In this document: positions 38,800-50,900 of the stretch, in pieces
How the letters are laid out: each line of letters starts with the position of its first letter
Numbering within the stretch: position 1 is the first letter of the stretch
NCBI GenBank assembly: GCA_977020255.1
Contig: CDROCS010000335.1
Coordinates: 248,001-312,000 of the forward strand
DNA: 64,000 nucleotides
Direction: 5' to 3'
Source of the DNA: Obrimoposthia wandeli
Taxonomy: Eukaryota
Made by a program: the position numbers and the translations under genes
The notes under the pieces: model-generated
Told to the model about the DNA's origin: nothing
Seen by the model: the letters and a program-made list of their open reading frames with translations, nothing else
Databases searched by the model: none

Positions 38800-39760
38800 T
38801 CTTTAAAATATAGCAGCGGTTGAAATTGTGACCTTCTTTTCCGCAAATCAAACATTTGTGATTGAGAGGACATTGATTTCGGAAATGACCTTTTTCACCA
38901 CAACAAAAACATGCTCCAGGCTGAAGTTCTTCACTTTTTGTGACATGCAGTCCCTTAGCTAAGTTATATTTTCTTTTAGCTATTTGTTTTAAGGAAAACC
39001 TTGGTATTGGTCTCCTTTTATTTTGATTTTGGGTATCTCTATTTATGTATATTTTTTCTTCATTAACATAGTTTCTTTGTTCCTGATGTAATGATACTGG
39101 TTTCTTCGTATTGCTTGCGAAATGACGGTTGTCAGGACGGTTGAATTCTCTTTTACTGTATTCGCATACGTATTATGAATTTGTGCAATCACGATATTCT
39201 TTATCTCGATTTCGCTGTACACCTTTACCAACGCCTCTATTTCATCTTTTGGCATATTTGGTTTTAATAAGAACTGCTCCTTTAGTTTTTCACTTCTTAT
39301 TCTATCTTTAATGAAAGCGTCAGTCAGCTCATATTTGCTAACATTATTTTCCACCATAGCCTCAACGAGTTTTTTCACTCTACTAGAGAACGCTGAGAAA
39401 TGCTCGCCTTCTACTTGCTTTACTTTTGCAAGTTCGAAAACATTGTCAACTATGGATTTCCTTTCTAGGAAATTTTCTTCAAACCATTTTTTGACTTTGT
39501 TATCTGCATTTAACCTTTCACTGGCATCTTTCCATAATAATCCAGCGTCTTCAGTCAACAGCAACTCAAATGCATCCCCAATATTACTCTGACTTGCGTC
39601 AACCCATTCTCCTATATCCTTTAACCATTGTTCACCTTCCTTTGAACTCATTCCGTCGTATCTTCTTATGTTATACTGGAACATCATTCTTTGTTCTTTA
39701 GGCATAATCTCGAGGATATTCTTCTTTGATTGACTTCTCGTCACTACATTTATTTCGGCG
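38800..39760 (-). pseudogene. Gypsy Gag with two CCHC zinc knuckles
   Basis: ORF 39043-39792 (IRRYDG...EQWL...VKQVEGEHFSAFSSRV); CFCCGEKGHFRNQC and CLICGKEGHNFNRC at about 38815-38915. Confidence 0.85.
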
Positions 39761-39769
39761 TGGTCGCCA
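39754..39769 (-). promoter_or_regulatory. Primer-binding site of the Gypsy element
   Basis: TGGCGACCACGCCGAA directly follows the 5' LTR and shares its last T. Confidence 0.7.
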
Positions 39770-39899
39770 GTTATGTTTTCTATCGCAGACATAATTCAAG
39801 ACTTAGATTTCACAAAACAATTTATAGTTAGTTCATTAAATATCAGTTCTTAAACACATTAATGAAAGTATGATAATTCTGGTTTCCGATTACATAACT
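39769..39899 (-). repeat. 5' LTR of the Gypsy element (131 bp)
   Basis: 8-bp inverted ends AGTTATGT...ACATAACT; matches 20443-20547. Confidence 0.88.
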
Positions 39900-42800
39900 A
39901 TATTATTGTCAGCTTCTTTAATAGTATACATTGTTAAATTACTCTTTTGATCAATTTTATTCATATAAAATATTTCATCGCTCCAATTCTGATCAAAATT
40001 TTTAATAAATAAAGTAGAGCTAATTTTAGAAATTTGAACATATTTCTTTTTTTATATTTTGTCTTTTTAACATTTTCTTTTTTATTCTTGTCTATCCAAA
40101 TATCCAAAGAGTTTTTATCAGTAACATCTACTGGTCTCATTCACGTGAGACTTCTATGTTTAGAGTGACTATAAGCATGTATTATTTTAGGCAATACTTG
40201 AATCCACTTTTTATTTCCTTATTTTGTGAAATACCTTTTTTATTCGATCTCTTAAAGTACGATTAAATCTTTCTACTACTGCTGCTTTGTACTGTAAAAA
40301 TACAGAGTAGTGATTTATATTATTTTGTTTAAATAATGATTGAACTTGCTTATTATAAAATTATTTTCCAAAATCAGTTTGCACATTTTGTGGAATGTCC
40401 TCTTTTAATATTTATTTTATGGCTTCAAGCATAGCTGTTGAAGACTTTGCTTTAAATGGAATTGTACGAGCAAACCTGCTAAATACATCAATACATGTTA
40501 AAATATATCGATATCCCTTATTAATGGAAGAATATGGGATCATCTCCATCAAATCCATTTGCCATAAATTATTAGGACCGCTGGTTTTGTAAGCTCTAGT
40601 TGGAAACCTTCTTCTCATCGGCTTGGTCAGACTGTAGGCTAACTGGTTGCTCAGCCATTTCTGCGTTTTCTTGTATTTTTGTTTTGTTCTTTTTGATAAT
40701 TTTGAAACTCCGGTGTAGCCAATTGGATCTTTTGGGTTGAACCATATCTTCTCCATTACAACCATTTAAATAGAAAGATAATTTAAATTTAGGTAAAGAA
40801 GGGTTAGCACCCATATCTTTAGCTGATTTTAGAAATAATTGTTTATGTACGTGTTGCAGCTATAATACTACTGATAATTGAAGCAACAACTAGAATAACA
40901 TCCTCTATGAAATCGCAATTATGTTTAAGAATAATATTTCGTTTCATTTTTTTAACTCTTTACATTAGTAATATCTAGAAGAGTTTTTCTATATATTTTT
41001 GTAATACATTTTTCTGTTTTCCAATTTTTAATCGACTCAAAACTATATTATATAAAACTTCCAATAAATCATCTACAACAATGCTTCGAGAATACTCATT
41101 CTCTTATGAGAAGAGGCTTTGATCAAAGCTTTAAAATAGGGTATGCTTCTATGGATTTTCTTTATTAAAAAAGTTAGAGTTTTATATTGTATATATTTGA
41201 AGCCATTTAAGTTTTCTTTTACTTTGAATTACAGACTTGATTAATTTATTTACTTCTTTTTTCTTAATGATTCTTATTTTGATTTCTTAGGCTTTGCTTT
41301 TACTTTACGTTTACGTTTTACTATCAACTTCTTAAAAGGCATTGAACATATATTTTTTTATAATTGTTCTCTATTTGTTTATAAACAGTTACGCCCTTAG
41401 AATTAAATATGTATGTTAAAACTCGTAAATCAGCTGGGCAAGCTTGTGTAAAGCGAATAAATATATACCCATGTGCTTGTTTAGCAGCATCATGGAATGA
41501 ATCAACTAGAAAGTTCTTATTTTGGGGAAATGCCTGTCTGGCAACGAAATCTACAACTGTTTGATCTCTAGAATTTTTAAATAAAACTAAGTAATGTACA
41601 TACAGATTTCTTGTTCTATGATGAAATCCTTAGTGAAAAAGATTTTGAGTGATAATATAACTGCTACTTCATGATGTCTTGCATTTTTGTAAATAAATTA
41701 TTAAAGTCCGAATCCTTGTTAGCTTCCTGATACAAATCATCAATAATTATGTCTTCTTTTATCAATATTTCACACCAATTCGCATCAAATCCTTCAATAA
41801 AATTTATTTCCTTCAACTTGCAAACTTATGTTTGGGTTAGTCTACTTTCTTCTCCTCTAAGATAATTTCAATAAATATTTTTGAAACTGGAATTGAACAG
41901 AGTTTCATTTTGTAACAATCTACATACGAAATGTGTTTTTCCACTTCTACTGGGACTAACTATTTGAAATACGGCATTATTTAGCTCCATTACATATACT
42001 CTTTCATTTTAATATTGTTTATATTATCATAGAATTTTCCTTGTTTAAAAGTATAATGCCAGAGCTACTGTAGATGAAATACAAAAATTAATTAATGAAT
42101 ATTTGGCAATAATTTTATTTATTTGTGTTCGATTTCTAAATTCTCCAATAACATGTTATCTAACCAATAGTTCAATATTATCTATTGTTGTCTCATTATT
42201 TTTTAATTCTAATAAAATTTGTTTACCCTTAATTTTTCAAAAAAAAAATTCGTCAACAAGACGATCCACTTCATTTTCTGTATTCATAGTATTATTCATT
42301 TGAAACAATAGCTTTAAACGGTTCGTTTATAAAAAAGATAACAAAATGTAATAAATTATATTTTCTATAATCGATTCAACAGTGTTTTGATAATAAAAAT
42401 TTCTCAATCCCAATTTCATAACTTTACCAATCGAAAATAAGTTTACACATAGCGGTTTCAACTTAAAATATCTGAGAGCAGGAAAAATTTTCGGTTCAAA
42501 CATGCATTCTTATTTCATTTTCTCTGCAATTTTATAAAGATTCATTGCTTTACGAGATTAGCTGAATTGTGATTGATTGTATGCCACTAATTTAAATTAC
42601 AAATGTTAAATTAATCTCATTAAATGGTGTTTTTATTTAATTTTTAACACAACTTCCTAAAAAATTCAATATGAAAATAAAATAAAAAGGAAATGAGGGA
42701 AAAATAACAACTGTGAAATTATCAAACTTTTTCACATATTGTCTCGGCTTACAATCATTGAATGGTAAGTATGAAATATTATCTTCTATTCTTCCTTTTT

Positions 42801-43000
42801 AATTTATATTTACGAGTTTTATTAGACTAAAATTGTTTTCTGTAAATTATTCTTTATATGTCTGAACCTGCTTTTTTATTGCATACTTCTTGTAAGTATT
42901 TTGCAAACTTATTATAATTGAATGATATATTTCTTCCAATCAATTTCAAATTTTAATATGGATTTAGTCCAATAAAATTCAATGCTTTAGTTAAGTATGA
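39900..43000 (-). mobile_element. Polinton copy B, right segment (integrase, basic ORF, ATPase, flank)
   Basis: Reverse-complement similarity to about 24680-27385; integrase ORF 40412-40765 (GPNNLWQMDLMEM...CIDVFSR); ATPase remnants at about 41415-41995. Confidence 0.92.
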
Positions 43001-43029
43001 TGTTTTTCAAAACGAATAAGTAGAACCAT

Positions 43030-43410
43030 GCCCGAAAAAATGTTCTGCAATTATTCACCATTTCAAACGCACTATGAGCGAAGTTGATAGACTTAATTTT
43101 TGATTTAGTTCTTACAATATGAAAATTCATGGGAAAATGGTATTTACAGATCATTAATCATTTCCTGGATGTATCTGTTACGAATGCTTGACAATTGTTC
43201 AATGTGCTAAGAAAATCGATCTAAATTCATTTCAAACTTCTATAGTTGACGCACTGTTGAGCGGAGCGAAACTAACATGGCTGACTACAAAGAGGTATGA
43301 ACACGTTAGTAATTTTGTTCAAAGCATTGAAAAAGAGAGCTGTAGAGTTTGCCAAAAGACGAAATATAATTTCATCAAATATGAAACGGCTCTGCTTAAT
43401 GAGCCATAAT
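43030..43410 (+). pseudogene. piggyBac transposase relic (C-terminal)
   Basis: HFKRTMSEVDRL (from YNxxMGGVD), WYLQIINHFLDVSVTNA*, SCRVCQK. Confidence 0.7.
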
Positions 43411-43614
43411 TTTTGTTTTTCATGAACCGATTTTCTAAAATTAGTGCAAACTGAATATATATGTTCCATCAAAGTGAATGAGTAATTTTGGTATTAATTA
43501 TAACTATTTGAAGGATATTTAAATTTTGTTTTGATTTATTCAAGTTATTCCATGGAATGGGCATAAATGAGTAAAAAAACTGTTGTTGATTAGTGTAATC
43601 TATTTTCAGCTTTA

Positions 43615-44061
43615 CTATTTCAATCTATTAAAATCGTATCTCAGACTTTTCTCGGCCACTTTTCGTCGTTTCCCTTTAACTTCTTCAGAAGATTGTAAAC
43701 TAACAATCCCGTAACTCGATCTTCGATGTGAATTCCCAATTTTCTTAGTCAAAATGTTGTCTGCGTTCTTTTTATCATCGAGTTTTGCTACTTTGTTCTG
43801 TTTTGTGTTCTTAGTATTTGAAGGCTCTGATGCTAAAAGTTTATTAGGTTTCACGACGAACTTTGCATTATGTTTAGGTACATCAACTTTCAAGATGTCG
43901 CGTAGGTTTGGATTGATATTTTCAGACTTGACCCTTGATTCGTTTATTGGTTTTTTGGGTGCGTTTTGACAGTCAGAAATCGGTTTAGACGGCGTTCTAC
44001 ATAAATCGGCTTCTTTCAGTACACTTTCAATGAATTCTCTCCTTTTCTTTCGATTTGTCAT
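43615..44061 (-). CDS. Lys/Asn/Ser-rich ORF or host exon, unknown product
   Basis: 148-codon open frame in AT-rich DNA with a possible GTAAAG donor at its end; no recognisable motif. Confidence 0.4.
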   Translation of the reverse strand: MTNRKKRREFIESVLKEADLCRTPSKPISDCQNAPKKPINESRVKSENINPNLRDILKVDVPKHNAKFVVKPNKLLASEPSNTKNTKQNKVAKLDDKKNADNILTKKIGNSHRRSSYGIVSLQSSEEVKGKRRKVAEKSLRYDFNRLK

Positions 44062-46702
44062 GAATGAATTCTCAGAATCGATTAGTCAACATATAGATGG
44101 GAATTGATGAAGTTAATTCCTCACTTGAATAGATAAGATATACAGAGGATTAACATTGGAGAGATATCAAACTAGAAATTGAATTGGAATTGTATTAATG
44201 GAAATATCTTATAGCACTAAAAATTCCTTTCACATAATGTGCATGGTTGACCTTTTCATTATGGATAGCTACAATGATAATTATTCAACATAAATTTGGG
44301 AATAAATATAAATAAAGCTTTAGATAACAAACAACTCAAAACAGCAACAAATTACGTAAATTGAGACATTTTTAATTCCTTTCGTGGAATGTTCAAAATG
44401 GTATGGTTGGTGTGTTAAGTTATAATACATTCTGAAAACAGCCATAGTAAAACGATATAAATTCAGTTATTCGTTTTCAAATCAAGTCAGTTAAAATTAT
44501 AAATATTTTATATTAAAATACAGTATAGAGATGACAATTGGCGTTCAGTGTTATAACTAGTATCTATAAATAATAAATCCAACTTTCATGAATATAATGA
44601 ATTATCTTCAGAACAAATTTGAAATTGATAAACTAAAAGAAATTTCGATGTAACATTAAGTTAAACGCCATTTTCCATATCAAATTATTAAATATTTAAA
44701 AAAAAATCAATTTACCTTTCAGCTAATTTAATATGATAAAGTTACATACATCATAAGTAGAATTAATGGGCTTAAATACATAGAAAAGAGAAAATTTGAT
44801 TAAAATAACATTTTTAGAAATAACGACTTACCAATTTTTGGCTACCGATATCTTCACAGACATATTTTTTGCTAACTGATTTTGAATTTTTCAAAGTGTT
44901 CTAATCCTATTTATTAAGGTTTATTCAATTGTTTTGCTAAGGCTGATACTGCCGATTGTTTAATTTATGGTCATGTTGAGTTTAAGAAATGAAAATCAGA
45001 CTTTGACGCTCAGCATTGGGTCTATATGGGCTCGTCAGGTGTTCGATAGATTAATTTATCTCTAGCTTAGCGGTGAGCGAATGCCCGAGTAGTCAGAGAT
45101 AATTATGTTGGGTGTGGAGATAATCAGCAGGGAGATTTGATCGTAGATCGAATGGTCCATTTCCTGCCAGTTCGATATGTGATCGAGACGAAAGTTGAAG
45201 GTTTAATAACATTTGGTTCTTTGAAATGGCACAGGTGAAGTGAAATCGAACTCATCGCTGCCTGTGCAGCTCGGTTTGACCACAGTGGATTCTCCCTCTC
45301 GCTAAATCACTACCAGTGACTCCCAGTTCCTGGCATCTCATTCCAGTGTGTGTCTCTCTTCTATCCCGAGCTGCTGTCAATCTCTCGCTATTGCAATCTC
45401 CATCTGACCAGTTCAATCGACTTAAATATATGATCAATTAAATTTATAATCATATTCTCGTTTTAAAAAAATACTTTATGAAAAATATTTAAAGAAATTA
45501 TAGATTTATTAATCAAAAGTTTATTCTTTGTAATATTTTCTTCAGCTGTTTATTGAATTTTTCAACATTGTAACAGTTCTTTATATTCATCGATAAATGC
45601 AAAGATTCGGAGAACAAATTTCAAAACATTATACAACTGTTTATTATTTGAGAATTTCTTAAGTAGTCTACATGCTCACTGCACCACTCGAAAATATCAT
45701 ATAAATATTTGAGTTTATGTGAGAGAATAAATTGTTGATAATCTTTTGGATCTTGAATTCAATTCTGTCATTGATCGGTAGCAAGTGGAGTTTCAAAATA
45801 TGTTCCCTTGTACTAGGACTTTTATTTAATTTGAATATAATCGTGATAGATTTTCGTATTCTCTTTGCAAAAGTTTTAATTGATAATCTGGAATAATAAA
45901 CAGTAAAGAATTTTTAAAATAAAGTCTTGATGTAAAAATCGCATGAGTTAGCATTTTAGTTATCTTAATAGTTACGCATTTTCTTATTATATAAATCTTT
46001 TTAATATTACTGTTGCAGGTTGTTATCACTTTATTAATTTGACAATTTACTGTAATGTTTTATTGACCTTGAAAATTATATTTATTTGAATTTTTAAATG
46101 AATGATATTTTCACCAACATATATGAAGCTATTTTTCTTTCATACGCTTATACTATTCTTAAATATAAAAAATTAGGTTGAGTTTTATTTTCATTCATCT
46201 TCAATTTTCTTGATCTATTCATAAAGCTATTTGATTAATAAGATTTTTCATCATAGAAAGTGTGATTTATAGTTATTAGAATCAAAATCAACATAAAGTT
46301 GTGTATCATCAACTTACTTTTGATCAAATAAAAATCAAAATTAGGATTGAACCTAGAATGTTACAATTCCATATTTATTTGGTTTTTAATGACGTAAATT
46401 TAACATATATTGAAGGAAAATGCAACCCTTAAAAATGACAATGCATTTTTTTCAAAATATTCAAAAACACTAAAATTAATTTTAACACAGTTTACACTAT
46501 TTGATGATCTGGAGTAATTTGGTAAGGGTATCTTCGTCAAAACGCATGACATTCGCAAGAGTTCGGAGATACAATTTCTTCTCTTCTTTTGATTTAGTAA
46601 TCAAATAATGGTAGTAACAATCTCGAGAGGCACTGAATAGAAATTGTTCAAATGTTAATACAATCACAAATCGTTTATTTAATAAAAACATAAGTAGAAT
46701 AT

Positions 46703-47020
46703 TTATAACTCATATTCAAACTGATCTCCGTTATTTTCCAAACATTTATAACAACGCTTCAAAATGTTCTTAAAACACAGTTTCAGCATGTTAACATCAA
46801 TTTTTGTTAACGATGTCACCACTCGTTGAGATAGCGTTTGAAGAGGAACACATTTTGGCTCGATATAAACTTTCTCTCTTATGTAGCCCCCCACTAGTCA
46901 GCGTTTGCAGTATTGTCTGGAATGCATGGAGGTCAAGCTATTACCACTGCAACGATTCAGAAATTCTCTATTCAATGTTTCAAGGACATCTAAAGAAAAG
47001 TGCACAGCTGCTCCATCGTG
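46703..47020 (-). pseudogene. Tc1/mariner-superfamily transposase relic
   Basis: YQHDGAAVHFSLDV...GGYIREKVY...KRCYKCLENNGDQFEYEL*. Confidence 0.8.
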
Positions 47021-47932
47021 CTGATATAAATGAAGAATGTACTTCATGGACTGCAATACCTTATTGAGCGAGCCAGTGGAGCTTTCATAGCAAACTCATC
47101 CTCAAATTGTCTTTGAGCTTTTTCACAATCTTGTGTGACTATCTTAACAATATTTTCTCAAGTTATCTAATTTTTATATTATTCAAATCTATATGAACAT
47201 TTCAGTATGAAACAATGTAGCAAAATTTTAAACCCACTTTAAAATACGTAGAAATACCTGTAGAATGGAAAGGATATAAAATTTAAGTTTATCATAAAAT
47301 ATTAGCTTTTTCTAATAAAGCTAAACTCACATCACTATTAAATTAAGGGCAGAATGTAATGTATTTAATTTTGGCTTCAACTAGCATTGGAAATATATTT
47401 CCCAAACTCTAAAGGATTAATTATAAAACTTCATACAACGCTGATTTAAGACCATTTTGGAAGCTCCATCAAAGTTTTCGTTAATCAAAGATTGTCTTGT
47501 CTTCATGTTCTTCTAAATATGTTCTTTTTTGGCATTTGATTATTCGAATATTAAATTATACTAAAATATAATAAATATTAAATTTATCGATTTGTAATAC
47601 ATAAAATTGTTACTAGTTTGGTTAATAAAAAATAATTATTTAACAAATATTCCAATTGTTTAATATCAAATAGTTATTAATATCATATAAAGTTATACGT
47701 AAATAAAGATGTATTCTAATTTAATTTATCATTTTCATAAAATCTTCTCAACATCATGTAGTTTTCCAAATATTTTACTGGGTTCAACATTTTGCAATAG
47801 TGTATTTGGTTTATATTTTAGTACAAATCTTGTAATCCAGGATCTTACACATCGTAGGCACATAAGACATTAGTTTGTATATATCTTCAAACAACTTGTG
47901 TTTCCCACATATTATCTATGATTGTGTCTTAC

Positions 47933-50900
47933 TGGAATCTTCAAAAAAGACTTTCTATATCTTTTCCTGATTTCTCGATCTGAATTCCGGACATTTTGGC
48001 CCCTAATCAGCTAACTGCACAAAGAACTGTGGACTTTTCCACCTCATTTTGCATGTTTTAAAACAGCTGCCGACTCGTATCGAGACAGAATATTAACCGG
48101 GTTCTCTTTTGTTAGGACCTATTTTCAATTACAAATATTAGTTTAACTCTGATGACAGAGAGATTGAACAATTTTCCTTGTTGTCGTTACCACCAGAAAA
48201 CGTTTATACAATTAGACCCAAATTATATAACACATATAATTCTAAAGTCCCATCAGCTCTAACCTCGGTGAGCTTATAACTCATTTCTGTATTCAGTATT
48301 TCTACATTATATATTATCAAAATATCCTTCGCATACAGATCTTTACGTACATAACTTTAAATTACAAAAATGTTTCAGGGTAGTAGAATTATGCTACAAA
48401 AATAAGATAGGATTATACTGAAATTTTGACTTCACAAAACATATGAAGTGGCCCATATATGAAACAAATTTTTATACGCAAGACTTACCGGTAAATGATG
48501 CTGGATCGATCATAAGGGAGTTGAGACATGGCATTGCTGTATATATCGGATGCCTCTTTTTTACCGGAGTCTTCCTCCTGTTTCTTGGTTTCTTCTAGAA
48601 CCTCTTCAAGAAATCGTAAATCCGACATAGAACTTCGACGTTTTTCTGTACCAATATCATAAAGAATCTACAATAACATAAAAGTGTTATATGAGCTTCT
48701 TTTTATGAAAATTTAATTGTGAAGAATGCATATTTCCAATAATGTCATTATCTTATTATTTACGCTTAAATCAAAGTATTTATTCTGATTTGGTGTATTA
48801 CATTCGATAATAATTATAACTTCAAAATATTCTAATTAATCTGTTCAAATCATTTAAGTCATTTTAATTTGTTTATAAGTAAACCTATAACACTTTAAAT
48901 ACAGAATGTTCGATAAGTAGCTTTAGATATTCAAATTAATATAATTCCAAATTGCAATCTTTATTGAACCGAAATTCACAATAAAAAGAAGTATATGTAT
49001 ACGATATATTTATTGTAAAGCATAGTACAATGCGAACCCTAAAAGAAATACACACATGGTTGCACATTTCTTTAAATATCATATAAAAAGCACTCGTAAT
49101 TTCGTTTTTTAATTGATCGAGAGATTTAATTTTGTGTTTGTACACTTTTAGCTTTAAACAAAATAAAATCCAAATTGAAGTGAGGTCATGCGATCTTGAT
49201 AGGTAGTTCCCCGTCCCACACCATTCGGATTATTAAAAAATTCTGGTTTCATCATGAAAATACGAAAATACAACACATCTCGACTAGTGAAAGATTGCTT
49301 CGAATAAAATGACTTTCAAAATGTGGAAAACCTATTTAAAATATTTTCGGATATGGTTTATTATTGCCCATTTTTCAAAGAAAATTAAATTAAACAAAAG
49401 TGCTGTATAAGCTTCAATGAAGACTTTAAATGCTAAATGAAGCATATACCTAATGCTACTTTATGGATCAATACAGAGTAGATTTGTTATAGTTTTTCAT
49501 TTAATTTAGTTTTCATTTTTAGTTAATCAATTTAATTATTTTTATCAACTTGCACTATCGGCAAACAGATTTTAGAACACTACAAATACATATATTTCAA
49601 TGATCTGCTCAATATATCTACGAGACAATCTAGTAAAACAAACAGCAATAAAATCTAATTCCCACATCAGATTACTTCGTTGACATAACATAGAAAATTT
49701 ACCTGGGACTTTTTATTGAATTGGAACGACTGGCGGCCTTTTTGATAGAGTTGAAAATAGCTCTCTCGTTTCTTAACTTCCTTTAATTTTGTCATTTCCT
49801 GTCAAAATAAATAAGGAGTATGAGAGTAGTCTCGAATTTCAGACTATTGACTGAAGATCAATATGCGTGTGTACGGGTGTAATGGTCATTGGACTGCTTT
49901 CCACGGGGAAGTGAACAACGAAAACATTATGTTCCCAGTGTTTCTGATGTAATCGTAGAAATTCCTCGTAAAATGATGACTTAGAAGTGCTACAACTATA
50001 TATACATCATAAACTACCATTATTCGGCAAAAATCTAATCCATACGTCATGTTTTTCAGCTGATATTTTAAAAAGTTAGAAATATACAATTTTTATCTCG
50101 CCATTCGATTTCCAATGATAAAAAAATGGTTTTATTTTTGAAACAGGTAACCCATTGGTAACATGACGAATAGAATTTTGTTGTGATTACTTTTACAAAG
50201 ACCATTAAAAGTAAGTAATGTTATTTTAAAATGTTGTTCATCTTTAAAAGAATGTTTAGATATTAGTATCAGAAAACTTTAATTGGATTATAAAGTGCAA
50301 AATTTACTGTAATTGCTATACAGAATTAATTTGAAACTAAAATATTTGCAAAAATTTATTTTATTTTTTCCCAAATCTTTACAACTTTACTGACAATAAT
50401 CAAGTGCAAATACAACTTCAAAATATGCTAAAGAATCTAGGAAGATTACCTACTTGGAGTTCCGATATTCTATGTTCCAGTACCCGGATATCACTTTTGA
50501 GCTCCGTTCGCTTCTTGTCCATCTCGTAAATTTTCTGTGAAGCAATTGAACTCTTGGCTGTGATTGTTTGAAGTGTCTTTTGCTTTTGGTGATGTATCAA
50601 GAGAATTTTCTGTTCTAGAAAGCCTTCCAATTTTTGGATATCATTCTTAGTTGTTTCTTTTTCCTGAAAGAAAGTAGAATTTTATTGAACTTTATAATAC
50701 TTTTAATTTAAAATAGCATAATTTAGTAAAATATAAATGATAGTTTAAACAAATATTTATGATTTTAAAATTTCATTTTTCACTTAAATATAAGTTTATT
50801 GTAATTCAACAAAAAGTGTTACAGTCAACTAATGGTACAGCTGGTACAATTTAACATCTTTGGCCTTCGTGACCTAATCAAAAACTTGTCCTCATCATCT

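Larger units (their letters stand above)
20443..39899 (-). mobile_element. Ty3/Gypsy LTR retrotransposon, decayed, carrying two nested insertions
   Basis: LTRs at 39769-39899 and 20443-20547. Gene order gag-protease-RT-RNaseH-integrase on the minus strand. ATATT flanks both ends (20438-20442, 39900-39904); removing the element restores the Polinton integrase sequence seen uninterrupted in copy A near 27375-27390. Confidence 0.93.

Noticed and set aside
15881-43000. Copies A and B as an assembly duplication
   Set aside because: They differ by many substitutions and by independent stops and indels, and each has its own base-exact insertion context.
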